Shown: positions 21,248 to 30,727 of the stretch, one piece after another
How positions within the stretch are numbered: position 1 is the stretch's first letter
How the letters are laid out: each line of letters starts with the position of its first letter
NCBI GenBank assembly: GCA_965200965.1
Contig: OZ241744.1
Span: 1,824,001 to 1,888,000, forward strand
DNA length: 64,000 nt
Origin: an uncultured Candidatus Binatia bacterium
GTDB taxonomy: Bacteria > Desulfobacterota > Binatia > Bin18
Reading direction: 5' to 3'
Notes under the pieces: generated by a model
Seen by the model: only the letters and a program-made list of their open reading frames with translations
What the model was told of the DNA's origin: nothing
Database searches by the model: none
Program-made: the position numbers and the translations under genes

Positions 21248-22576
21248 ATGCACGCCATTACAGTCATCGGCGGCGGGCTGGCCGGCAGCGAAGCCGCGTG
21301 GCAAATCGCCCAATCCGGCCTTGCCGTGTGTCTGTACGAGATGCGGCCGGTACGGCCGACCGAGGCCCACCACACGGACAGCTTTGCCGAACTGGTGTGC
21401 TCAAATTCTTTACGCAGCGCAGCGCTGACGACCGCGATCGGGCTGCTCAAGCAGGAAATGCGCCACTTGGGTTCGCTGATTATGCGCGCCGCGGGTGCCT
21501 CGCAGGTGCCCGCCGGCCAAGCCCTGGCTGTGGACCGGGAGGTGTTCTCGCGGACGGTGGGCGAGGCGCTGGCCCGCCATCCGTTGATCGAGATTCGGCG
21601 CCAAGAAGTCCAGGACCTGCCAAGCGGAGTCACCGTTATCGCCACCGGTCCCCTGACCTCGCCCGCTCTGTCCGCCCGGCTCCAGACCTTACTTGGCAGT
21701 GACTATCTGTATTTTTATGACGCCATTTCTCCCATCATTCAGGCCGACTCCATCAATCGAGAGGTTGTGTTTCGGGCCTCTCGCTACGATCGCGGCGGCG
21801 ACTATTTGAACTGTCCGCTGAATCAGGACGAGTATGAGCGCCTGGTTGACGACATCAGGACGGCGCGCAAGATGGACGCCAAAGCGTTCGAGCGGACGGT
21901 ATATTTTGAGGGCTGCTTACCGATTGAGGAGATGGCCCGACGCGGCAGAGACACCCTGGCCTTTGGGCCGCTGAAGCCGGTCGGCCTCAGCGATCCGCGA
22001 ACGGGCAAGCGTCCCTATGCGGTTGTCCAACTCCGCCAGGACGACCGAGCCGGCAGCTTATGGGGCATGGTCGGCTTTCAGACCAAGATGAGTTACCCGG
22101 AACAACGCCGGGTGTTTCGGAGCATCCCAGGTCTGGAACGGGCCGAGTTTGTGCGCCTCGGCAGCCTCCATCGAAACACCTTCATTGACTCCCCCCGGCT
22201 GCTGAAACCGACCCTCCAGTTTCGAGACCGCGCCGCTCTGTTCTTTGCCGGCCAGATGGTTGGGGTAGAGGGCTATGTGGAGTCGGCCGCGGCCGGCCTG
22301 CTGGCAGGGCTGAACGCCGCCCGGTACGCCCGACAGGCACCGCTCTTGATCGCTCCGGCGACGACCGCACTAGGCGCTTTGTTCACCTATATCACCAGCA
22401 GCGAACGCCGTGAGTTTCAGCCCATGAACGCCAACTACGGCCTGTTTCCGCCGCTGGTGCGTCGCTTGCGGGGACGCGAAAAAAAGGCTGCCCTGGCCGA
22501 GCGGTCGCTGCGCGACCTGGCCGCTTGGCAGACCGCCCATCAGCTGCCCGCCGCCGCGTCTGTCGGAGCCTCCTAA
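21248..22576 (+). CDS. trmFO: Folate/FAD-dependent tRNA (uracil-5-)-methyltransferase
   Basis: 'IGGGLAGSEAAWQ', 'AELVCSNS' and 'GVEGYVES'. Confidence 0.96.
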   Translation: MHAITVIGGGLAGSEAAWQIAQSGLAVCLYEMRPVRPTEAHHTDSFAELVCSNSLRSAALTTAIGLLKQEMRHLGSLIMRAAGASQVPAGQALAVDREVFSRTVGEALARHPLIEIRRQEVQDLPSGVTVIATGPLTSPALSARLQTLLGSDYLYFYDAISPIIQADSINREVVFRASRYDRGGDYLNCPLNQDEYERLVDDIRTARKMDAKAFERTVYFEGCLPIEEMARRGRDTLAFGPLKPVGLSDPRTGKRPYAVVQLRQDDRAGSLWGMVGFQTKMSYPEQRRVFRSIPGLERAEFVRLGSLHRNTFIDSPRLLKPTLQFRDRAALFFAGQMVGVEGYVESAAAGLLAGLNAARYARQAPLLIAPATTALGALFTYITSSERREFQPMNANYGLFPPLVRRLRGREKKAALAERSLRDLAAWQTAHQLPAAASVGAS

Positions 22577-22583
22577 GCCACCT

Positions 22584-23132
22584 ATGGCCTTACCCCGGCA
22601 AACCGAGCCGAGCAGCCGCCCGCCCGCGTCCCCAGGCCGGTTCTGCTGCGTGCTGAGCTTGGTGTGTGGGCTGCTCGGCTCATGTACCGCGTCCCCACAG
22701 CCCGGTTTTCGTCTTCCACCGCCCTCCCAAGCCCAGACCAAGACCTGCGGCGAACTGCGGGTCCGCTTCACCCTGAGCTACGGTCAGGACGACACGCCCA
22801 CCTATACCGCATCCGTTCGGAATAGCGCCGGCCAGCCGCCGACCACGGTCAGCCGGGTGCTGTTTGCCTTCACCCCCCTGCCCGATCTGGGCAAACCGAG
22901 CGGGACGACCACGACCCTCGTTGCCGCGCCCCTCGGAGAGGGCCGCTATCGGTCGAGCGGTGGCGTGCGGCTGTACGCCGACAGCTGGCAGATCGAGGTC
23001 ATCGTGCGTCAGACCGGGACGGCCGAGGTGGTGTGTAGCTTCGAGGTACATCTCTCGTCTGTCGCTGCTGTTGCGCCGGAGCGGTGCTTGCACCGTCCCG
23101 CAGGGCGGTTTATGGTGGGAGTGACTAGCTGA
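22584..23132 (+). CDS. Hypothetical lipoprotein (beta-rich, possibly YtkA/FixH-like)
   Basis: Lipobox-like 'LLGSC'; follows trmFO co-directionally. Confidence 0.5.
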   Translation: MALPRQTEPSSRPPASPGRFCCVLSLVCGLLGSCTASPQPGFRLPPPSQAQTKTCGELRVRFTLSYGQDDTPTYTASVRNSAGQPPTTVSRVLFAFTPLPDLGKPSGTTTTLVAAPLGEGRYRSSGGVRLYADSWQIEVIVRQTGTAEVVCSFEVHLSSVAAVAPERCLHRPAGRFMVGVTS

Positions 23133-23158
23133 CCTCAGCCCAACAGGAAAGGCGGGCC

Positions 23159-23662
23159 ATGCACCTCATCTGCTGCTGTTTGCTGCTCGTGTCGGGATGT
23201 TTGCTGGCAGGTTGCTCGCCCAAGGGAAAACCGGTGGCCTGGGTACAGAGAACCGCACCGGTCTACCCCAACCCCCGCCCCCACGATTGTCACATGACGA
23301 TGCTCCAAACGCCGCCCGACAGAGCCCATGAAACCATTGCCCAAATCTGGTCCTACGGCAACGAACAGGACGAGTTGTCTCGAATGCAACACCTGATTCG
23401 CTTTGAAGCCTGCCAGCTCGGTGCCCACGCCGTCATTCTGCTCCCGGTCCAAGACGTCGCCCATGTGAACACCTTCAACGCCTATCCGGACTGGGCGACC
23501 GAACTGTCTGGATTTGGCCAGGGGGCGGGTTCGGTGCGCACCCGGACGAATAAAACCTTTAGCCTCTCCCAGATAGGCTTTGCCCTCGTCTATCTCCAAG
23601 ACGGGGAGAATAACAGCGGTCCGGAGAAGACACACAATGCTCAAAATAATGCTGTTCATTGA
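23159..23662 (+). CDS. Hypothetical lipoprotein
   Basis: Signal peptide with 'LLAGC' lipobox; 'EACQLGAHAVIL' segment. Confidence 0.6.
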   Translation: MHLICCCLLLVSGCLLAGCSPKGKPVAWVQRTAPVYPNPRPHDCHMTMLQTPPDRAHETIAQIWSYGNEQDELSRMQHLIRFEACQLGAHAVILLPVQDVAHVNTFNAYPDWATELSGFGQGAGSVRTRTNKTFSLSQIGFALVYLQDGENNSGPEKTHNAQNNAVH

Positions 23663-24719
23663 CGGGACGTGGCTGTACTCGAACACGCCGCGCTTGGCCG
23701 AGTCGTATGGCAAAGGCGACTTTCAACTCGATTTTGGTCGCCTGCCCCAGGTCTTGGCCGAAGAGATCCGCAATCAGCTAAACGATCTGGACATCCACGT
23801 CGTCCGCACCTACCTCTTTGGCAGCTACGCCGCCAACTATGATCCACACGACCACGAGGTCGTGCAGCGGCGACTCGATTTTTTCTTCCGGCTCAAAGAA
23901 GAGTACCATTACGAGTTAGACACCTTTCCGATCAATTTTCGGGGCCGACGCCTGCGGCGAGTCGATCGAGACCCCAGCGACCCGTTTGAGCCCAAAGAAA
24001 AATGCGTGGATATTGCCCTGGCCACCGCCATTCTGTACTACGCCGCCATCCCCAACGCCTACGATATTGCCGTCGCCGTGGTTGGCGACCAGGACTTCAA
24101 ACCAGTCTTTCAGCACGCCCGGCGGTTGGGCAAGCAGGTCGCACTGGTCAGCATCCAGGGGAGTTGCGCGCCCGAGTTTGCCGACCCTCGGGACGAAGCC
24201 GGGGTCAAGGATTTTGATATTATCTGGCTGGACGACTTGCTCCACCGGCTCGAACTCAAATACGAACGCCACCAGCTCGACTGCCAGTCACCCGGCCATG
24301 TCGGCGACCGCCGGGTGTGGACGACCTTCCATCCCCGCAAAGGCCAGAAGTTTTTCTGTGACGTGTGTCGGGAAGCGTTTGCCCAGCAGCGGCAGGAAAT
24401 CCGGCACGAGTACCTGAGCAGCATCGACGCGCCGGCTGTGGCCGGTCCTCAGGTCCAACTCGGCGCACCGCTTAGAGGTCTGGTTAAGAAAAAGGTCGCC
24501 GAACGTGGGTTTGGCTTTATCCAAGGCGCGGACGGCCAGGACTATTTCTTCCACTGCACCGATGTCGAGCCGGGGTTTGCCTTTGAAACGCTTGACGAGG
24601 GCAGACCGGTCAATTTTGTCGTCAAGAAGGTCCCAGAGTTTGAGCGGGCCGGGGCGGCACAAAATGTGTCGCCGGCGACCGAGACAAGCGCGGAAGGCGT
24701 GTCAGACGCAGAATCCTAG
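23637..24719 (+). CDS. NYN (LabA/DUF88) domain protein with Cys cluster and C-terminal cold-shock domain
   Basis: 'LFIDGTWL', 'EKCVDIALA' and 'GDQDFKP' (NYN); 'C..PGH...FFCDVC'; 'RGFGFI...DYFFH' (CSD RNP motifs). Confidence 0.85.
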   Translation: MLKIMLFIDGTWLYSNTPRLAESYGKGDFQLDFGRLPQVLAEEIRNQLNDLDIHVVRTYLFGSYAANYDPHDHEVVQRRLDFFFRLKEEYHYELDTFPINFRGRRLRRVDRDPSDPFEPKEKCVDIALATAILYYAAIPNAYDIAVAVVGDQDFKPVFQHARRLGKQVALVSIQGSCAPEFADPRDEAGVKDFDIIWLDDLLHRLELKYERHQLDCQSPGHVGDRRVWTTFHPRKGQKFFCDVCREAFAQQRQEIRHEYLSSIDAPAVAGPQVQLGAPLRGLVKKKVAERGFGFIQGADGQDYFFHCTDVEPGFAFETLDEGRPVNFVVKKVPEFERAGAAQNVSPATETSAEGVSDAES

Positions 24720-25552
24720 CGCCACCCCGAATGTGGATCAGCATTCCCCGGATCAATCCGAACCTCCTGGACACCAGGAATTGAGCCAAGGGAGAACAGC
24801 ACATCGGGCAGGACCGGGCCGAGTTCGACCTGCTCATACACCACCGTCATCCGCTGCCCGCCGGACAGGTCGGACAGACTGATTTCAAACGGAAACTCAT
24901 GGTGCTGGACTTTCTGATAACGGCTCAAGTCAACCCGGCTGACAAGCCGTCCCTGCGGCGTGTGTCTTTCCCAGCGTCGCAGGATGGACCTTGCAGGCTC
25001 AAACCACACCCGGTGGGTCTCGACTTCGGAGATAGCCAACTCCAGACGATGCCAGCCGCGCTGGCGGTCAAAAGACATTGACCAGGCGGCCTCAGGCGCG
25101 GGCAGGACGGGGACACCACGCAACAGATTGACCACCTCCCGGGCGGACAACAACACCCGGGTAAAGCGGGCAATCGTCAACGGGTCGGCTTGGCCCCGGT
25201 ACAGCACCTTGTCGCGCGGGAAATAGGCGGCCAGGGTCTCACCGTTACAGCTGGCGAGGGCGGTCATACCGAACGGAGAAAAGAACTCAAGCCGGAACCG
25301 GTCCGGCGCGGCAACCGCAATCGCTTGCCTGGCCGTGCCTTTTCCGTGTGGGCCAGCATAGCTCACCCGGGCCAAGCCACGCACCCGCTCAAGCGCTGGA
25401 CGCCGGGCGTGCAACTGCTCAAGTAAAGCCCTGGCGCTCGCAACCCGCGGCGGTGGGGATGGCCCCGGACGGAGGCGGACACTACAGGCGCTCAAGAACA
25501 CCAGCACAACACAGGCCGGCCAGATCGGAAAGACAGGGAAAGACAGGACCAT
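24716..25552 (-). CDS. LolB/LolA-like outer-membrane lipoprotein
   Basis: 'LSAC' lipobox; 'PDRFRLEFFSPFG'; downstream of a TPR gene. Confidence 0.6.
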   Translation of the reverse strand: MVLSFPVFPIWPACVVLVFLSACSVRLRPGPSPPPRVASARALLEQLHARRPALERVRGLARVSYAGPHGKGTARQAIAVAAPDRFRLEFFSPFGMTALASCNGETLAAYFPRDKVLYRGQADPLTIARFTRVLLSAREVVNLLRGVPVLPAPEAAWSMSFDRQRGWHRLELAISEVETHRVWFEPARSILRRWERHTPQGRLVSRVDLSRYQKVQHHEFPFEISLSDLSGGQRMTVVYEQVELGPVLPDVLFSLGSIPGVQEVRIDPGNADPHSGWR

Positions 25553-25584
25553 CTGATTCGGCGCAGCCCCCGGGTATGCTCGGC

Positions 25585-27393
25585 CTATTCAAGCCCGGAA
25601 GAGCGCGTCTCCTGACGCTGAGCCAACTCGGCAATTTTATCCCGCAGGCGCCGGCGCTGCTCGCTCCCGGTCGTCTGGTCCAGGGCCGCCCGATAGGTGC
25701 GGGACGCGTCGCTGAGCCTTCCGACCTTCTGGTAGGCGTCGCCCAGATGCTCGGTGATGGTCGGATCGTCGTTGACCAGCTCGACGGCCCGCTCTAAATA
25801 CTTGACGGCTTCGGGGTACTCTCCACGCTGGTAATACACCCAGCCCAGGCTGTCGATATAAAATCCGTCGTCGGGCTCGACCTTGAGCGCCCGGCGGATG
25901 AGATGCTCCGCCTCGTCAAGGCGTATCCCCTGTTCGGCCCAGGTATAGCCCAGGTAGTTCAGGGCCGCAGAATTCTCCGGGTTGAGGTCGATCGCTTTTT
26001 GCAGAGAGGCAACACAGCGGTCTTTATCTTTATGCTCGTCGTAGATCGCTCCCAGCGTGAAATGATAGGCATCATTGGTGGGGGCCAGGCTGATCATTCT
26101 TTTGAGAATTTCAATCGCCCGGGGGAGATTATCGTTCTCTCGCTCCAGGCTGGCCAGATATTCCATCACATCGAGGTCATCCTTCCTCACCCCCAGGGCG
26201 CGCTTGGCCTCGACAATGGCTTGGGCCAGGTTCTTCTGGCGCCGATAGATATAGCTCAGATGCAGACGCGCATCGGCGTAGTAGTCGGTATCATCCGGGA
26301 TCTTCAGCAACTCGGTGATAGCTTTGTCGTCTTCCTCGGCTTCGGTAAAAATGACGCCCAGGAAGTAGCGCGCCTGGGCGTTGTCGGGCTGGGCGGTCAA
26401 GACCAGATTCAGCTCGGTGACCGCCCGGTCGTACTCCCCTTTTTCGCTGTAAATCAGGCTGATGCGCAGCCGGGTGTCATGGGGGTCGGTCTGAATCCTC
26501 TCCTGGATTTTTTCTAACTCGCGAAACTGCTCCAGGGCACCGTCGAGATCTTTTTCCTCAAGAAATACGCGTCCCAGGCGTTTGCGCGCCTGCTCGCTGT
26601 CGGGGTTGTAGTCAAGCGCCTGCTGATAGGTGTCGCGGGCGCGGTCAAGCTGCTCTTGCATCTCATACACGAGCGCCAGGTCGAGCATTACCATTTCCGA
26701 GCGCTCGTTCAGCGCCAGGGCCTTTTTATAGTAGGTTTCGGCCGTGTCGAGCTGGCCGGCCGCGGCCGAAATCTGCCCCAGGTAATAATAGCCCAGCAAC
26801 GAACGCGGATAGCGATCGACCAGGATCGACAACACCTCAGCGGCTTTTTCAAAGTGCTGTTGCTTGGCGTACAAGGTCCCCAGATATAGATACGGTTCTT
26901 GACTATCGGGCTGCCGCTCAAGGACGGCCTCGTAGACCGCCGCGGCCTCGTCTTCCCGATGTGTTGAAGACAACAGACCGGCCAAAAACATCTGAGCCTC
27001 AACATTGTCGGGCTCCTGTTCAACAACGATCCGACAGTGTTGAAGGGCCAACTCGGTCTTGCCCATCCGAACATACAGCTTGGCCAGGCGAAGGCGTAAC
27101 AGGGCGGTATCAGGGTCCAGCTCAACCGCGCTGGCCAAGCTGCTGAGCGCCGTGTCATAGTCGCCGCGTGTCTGGGCCACGCTGCTCTTGAGAAAGTGGG
27201 CCGGGGCGCGTTCTTTAGCGGTCAGGGCGGTTGGGCTGCCCGGGATAGCGTCCACCGCGGACGCAAGGACGGAGGTGGACGGAGGGCGCGGCAGGGCCGG
27301 GCCGGCGGCTGCGCAGGCCGACAGCGCGAACATCCCACCATAAAGAAAACCGGAGAGCCAGGGGAGCGCTCTCAAGCGTGGCCGCCCAGACAT
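25585..27393 (-). CDS. Tetratricopeptide-repeat lipoprotein
   Basis: Many TPR units; 'ALNYLGYTWAE' and 'YIDSLGWVYY'. Confidence 0.9.
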   Translation of the reverse strand: MSGRPRLRALPWLSGFLYGGMFALSACAAAGPALPRPPSTSVLASAVDAIPGSPTALTAKERAPAHFLKSSVAQTRGDYDTALSSLASAVELDPDTALLRLRLAKLYVRMGKTELALQHCRIVVEQEPDNVEAQMFLAGLLSSTHREDEAAAVYEAVLERQPDSQEPYLYLGTLYAKQQHFEKAAEVLSILVDRYPRSLLGYYYLGQISAAAGQLDTAETYYKKALALNERSEMVMLDLALVYEMQEQLDRARDTYQQALDYNPDSEQARKRLGRVFLEEKDLDGALEQFRELEKIQERIQTDPHDTRLRISLIYSEKGEYDRAVTELNLVLTAQPDNAQARYFLGVIFTEAEEDDKAITELLKIPDDTDYYADARLHLSYIYRRQKNLAQAIVEAKRALGVRKDDLDVMEYLASLERENDNLPRAIEILKRMISLAPTNDAYHFTLGAIYDEHKDKDRCVASLQKAIDLNPENSAALNYLGYTWAEQGIRLDEAEHLIRRALKVEPDDGFYIDSLGWVYYQRGEYPEAVKYLERAVELVNDDPTITEHLGDAYQKVGRLSDASRTYRAALDQTTGSEQRRRLRDKIAELAQRQETRSSGLE

Positions 27394-28534
27394 GGCCAGA
27401 GCGTATCACGCGCGAAAAGAAATGGTCAATCAGCAAAGGCCGGCCCAGAGTCGCAACTTGCTCTCCCGGTCGGGGGATTATAGGTTGTCCCTGGAGCCTG
27501 AAGTGTGCGTAGACATCCCCTCAACCCCACAGCAGATCAGACAAGCGGCCTATGACCTGGACCGGATGTTTTCTCTGCGTGAGGCCGTCACCAGCCTGGA
27601 CCCCAGCGGTCCGCCCCGGGTACGGATGATTTCGTCCGAACCCATCCAAGCCTGCCGCCGAGTCGGTATTCTGTGCGGCTCGTTTAATCCCCTCACCCTG
27701 GCCCACAGCCAGCTGGCCGAACAGGTCTGCCAGACTTGGCAGCTTGACCGGGTGTTCCTGAGCCTGGCCACACGCACCGTTGATAAAGAACAGGTGACCG
27801 GCCTAGGGCTTGAGGATCGCCTGGCACTGCTGTGCCTCTACGCCGCCGGCCGGCCGTCAATGAGTGTGGCGCTGCTTAACCGCGGCTTGTACATCGAACA
27901 GGCCCGGGCCTTTCGCCGCCTGTTGGGAGCAGACACCGAGCTGTGTTTCCTGACCGGGATGGACAAACTAACCCAGATTCTTGACCCCCGCTATTACCAG
28001 GAAAGAGATGCCGCCCTCGGCGAACTGTTCGGCCTAGCCTGTCTGATCGTGGCGAATCGGGGCGATCTGGACCACACCGCTTTCCACCAATTGCTGGCCC
28101 AGCCGGAAAATCGGGCCTTTGGTCCGGCCGTCCATTTTTTTCCCCTGGCCGCGGCGACGAGTGCGATCAAGGACCTGTCGGCCACCGCCATTCGAGACGC
28201 GCTGGCAGCCGGCCGTTCAATTGGTGAGCATGTCCCGGCCGAAACGGCCCACTACCTGAACGAAACTCGTGCCTACCTTCCGGCCGAACTGCGAGCCGGA
28301 GAAGCCGTAGACGCCTACGCTATCCGGCTGGCACTCCTCCGGCTGCTGTACCGCGCTCGCCCCCGGGTCCAGCCCGATTTTCAGCGGCTGATGCGGACTG
28401 CCCTGACGACGAGCCCACAGGGACGGCTCCTCCGCCGGGCGTGTGCCGAGCCGTCTCCCAAGGCGGCTGTCGCGCTGTTACGCGCGTGCCTTGACCGGCC
28501 AGTGCTCCCCGTGGGTGAGGGTGGTTCGGGCTAG
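27392..28534 (+). CDS. Nicotinate/nicotinamide mononucleotide adenylyltransferase-like protein (start uncertain)
   Basis: 'GSFNPLTLAH' (HIGH-like), 'FLTGMDKLTQILDPRYY' and 'LSATAIRD'. Confidence 0.75.
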   Translation: MARAYHARKEMVNQQRPAQSRNLLSRSGDYRLSLEPEVCVDIPSTPQQIRQAAYDLDRMFSLREAVTSLDPSGPPRVRMISSEPIQACRRVGILCGSFNPLTLAHSQLAEQVCQTWQLDRVFLSLATRTVDKEQVTGLGLEDRLALLCLYAAGRPSMSVALLNRGLYIEQARAFRRLLGADTELCFLTGMDKLTQILDPRYYQERDAALGELFGLACLIVANRGDLDHTAFHQLLAQPENRAFGPAVHFFPLAAATSAIKDLSATAIRDALAAGRSIGEHVPAETAHYLNETRAYLPAELRAGEAVDAYAIRLALLRLLYRARPRVQPDFQRLMRTALTTSPQGRLLRRACAEPSPKAAVALLRACLDRPVLPVGEGGSG

Positions 28535-28610
28535 CCGCTGTAGGGTCATGATGCTAGCCTGTGGACGGTCCGAGGGTCCGATCCAGCTTGTCCGAAGGAG
28601 GCAGGAGCGT

Positions 28611-29588
28611 ATGAGCAGTCAGCCGGTGACCGACTTTCTCAAGCACCACTTCCGCCATTTTAATGCGGCCAGCCTGATTGCGGCATCAGACGGCTATAGG
28701 CGACATATTGACCGGGGCGGAAAGATGCTGCTGACCATGGCCGGCGCTATGAGTACGGCGGAAATCGGGCTGTCTCTGGCCGAGATGATCCGTCAAGACT
28801 GCGTACACGCCATATCCTGCACCGGGGCGAACCTTGAAGAGGATGTTTTTAACCTGGTTGCCCATGACAACTATGAACGCGTCCCCCACTACCGCGACCT
28901 CACCCCGGCTCAGGAGGCCGACCTGCTCAATCGACATCTGAACCGGGTCACCGACACCTGCATCCCTGAGGATGAGGCCATGCGGCGAGTAGAAGCGGCC
29001 ATCCTCGAGGTGTGGCTTGAGGCCGAACAGCGGGGCGAGCGCTACTTTCCACACGAATATTTTTATCAGATTTTACGCTCCGGCGCGTTGCGGGCCTCCT
29101 ACCAGATTGATCCCAAAGACTCGTGGCTGATGGCCGCCACCGAGAAAAATCTGCCTATCGTCGTGCCGGGCTGGGAAGATTCAACCACCGGCAATGTGTT
29201 TGCCAGCCATTGTATAACGGGCACCCTCAAAAGTCCCCAAACGGTCCGCAACGGCACCGAGTACATGACCTTTCTGGCCGGGTGGTATGAGGAGGTGTGC
29301 CGGACGAGCCCGGTCGGCTTTTATCAGATCGGCGGGGGGATTGCCGGCGATTTCCCGATTTGTGTCGTCCCGATGCTCATCCAGGACCTGCGCCATGCTC
29401 AGACCCCGCTGTGGAGCTATTTCTGTCAGGTCAGCGATTCGACAACCAGCTATGGCTCGTATTCGGGAGCGGTACCAAATGAAAAAATCACCTGGGGCAA
29501 ACTCGGGGTAGAGACGCCGCGCTATATCATCGAATCTGACGCGTCGATCGTCGCCCCGCTCATGTTTGCCTATGTGTTAGGGATGTAA
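28611..29588 (+). CDS. Deoxyhypusine synthase-family protein
   Basis: 'GAMSTAE', 'TGANLEED', 'IGGGIAGDF' and 'SYSGAVPNEKITWGK'. Confidence 0.92.
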   Translation: MSSQPVTDFLKHHFRHFNAASLIAASDGYRRHIDRGGKMLLTMAGAMSTAEIGLSLAEMIRQDCVHAISCTGANLEEDVFNLVAHDNYERVPHYRDLTPAQEADLLNRHLNRVTDTCIPEDEAMRRVEAAILEVWLEAEQRGERYFPHEYFYQILRSGALRASYQIDPKDSWLMAATEKNLPIVVPGWEDSTTGNVFASHCITGTLKSPQTVRNGTEYMTFLAGWYEEVCRTSPVGFYQIGGGIAGDFPICVVPMLIQDLRHAQTPLWSYFCQVSDSTTSYGSYSGAVPNEKITWGKLGVETPRYIIESDASIVAPLMFAYVLGM

Positions 29589-29594
29589 GGGCCG

Positions 29595-30428
29595 ATGACA
29601 GACCGCCTGGACCGCGAAAAAACCACGGCCATGTCCGCCGCCCGGGCGGCTGGCGCGCGTATTCGGGCGGTGTATGAGACGAACTATCGCGTCGATTACA
29701 AACACAACGACAGCCCGGTCACCGTTGCCGACCGCGAGGCCAACCACAAGATCCACCAGATTATCCACCAGGCCTTTCCGCACGACGGCTGGTTATCGGA
29801 AGAAACCACCGATTCCCCGGCCCGGCTGTCCAAACGCCGCGTGTGGGTTGTTGACCCGCTTGACGGGACCAAAGAGTTCATTGACAAAATCCCCGAGTTC
29901 GCCGTTTCGATCGGCCTGACTGAGGACGGTTGGCCTATCCTGGGCGTCATCTACTACCCGGCCCTGGACGAGTTGGTGTGGGCCGCGCGCGGCAGGGGAG
30001 CCTGGCACCGAACGAGTACAGCCGGAGAGACGCCGCTGCGCGTCAGCCCGACCGGGCGTTTGGTCAATGCAACGGTGTTGTCCAGCCGCTCAGAAACAAA
30101 ACGGGGCGAATGGAAGCCGTTTCGGTCCTTTTTTCACGCTCGACCGGCGGGCGGGATGGCCCATAAGCTGGCCATGATTGCCAAGGGCGAGGCTGACGCG
30201 ACCTTCACCCTCGTGCCAAAGAATGAGTGGGATGTGTGCGCCGGTGCTGTGCTGATCGAAGAGGCCGGCGGCACCCTCACCACACTGGGCGGCAAACCGG
30301 TGCGCTTCAACCAGGCTACCACCCTGCTCCAGGGGCTGGTGGCCAGCAACAGACTCCTCCATCCGCAACTCATGGCCGTGGTGACGCCCCACCTCAAAGA
30401 GCGCCACCAGACGGAAAAGCGTCGCTGA
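29595..30428 (+). CDS. cysQ: 3'(2'),5'-bisphosphate nucleotidase / inositol monophosphatase family
   Basis: 'SPVTVAD', 'LSEE', 'WVVDPLDGTKEF' and 'EWDVCAG'. Confidence 0.8.
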   Translation: MTDRLDREKTTAMSAARAAGARIRAVYETNYRVDYKHNDSPVTVADREANHKIHQIIHQAFPHDGWLSEETTDSPARLSKRRVWVVDPLDGTKEFIDKIPEFAVSIGLTEDGWPILGVIYYPALDELVWAARGRGAWHRTSTAGETPLRVSPTGRLVNATVLSSRSETKRGEWKPFRSFFHARPAGGMAHKLAMIAKGEADATFTLVPKNEWDVCAGAVLIEEAGGTLTTLGGKPVRFNQATTLLQGLVASNRLLHPQLMAVVTPHLKERHQTEKRR

Positions 30429-30508
30429 AGGGAGCGGGGGTGGACTCCCGACCTCGACGCCGGCAGCGGTCTATGCTAGGCTGGGCTGGCCTGCCACAGG
30501 AGAGTGTT

Positions 30509-30727
30509 ATGGCTCAGTTCGCCAGCCTTTTTCAGGGACATCCAAAGCCCCGCTGCCCGGCCTGCCACAAGTGGAACCGGGTGTATGTGACCGGCGGCTC
30601 GTTTCTGTCCGAATGTGTCTACTGTGGCGCGGCGCTCGATCGTTACCGGGCACCGGCTTGGCGGATCGGGGTTATTCTTGCCGCCAGCGCACTCGCCCTG
30701 GCCGCAATCCCCCTCCTCGCCCGCTAG
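30509..30727 (+). CDS. Small Zn-ribbon membrane protein
   Basis: AGGAG RBS; CPAC...CVYC followed by a hydrophobic helix. Confidence 0.6.
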   Translation: MAQFASLFQGHPKPRCPACHKWNRVYVTGGSFLSECVYCGAALDRYRAPAWRIGVILAASALALAAIPLLAR

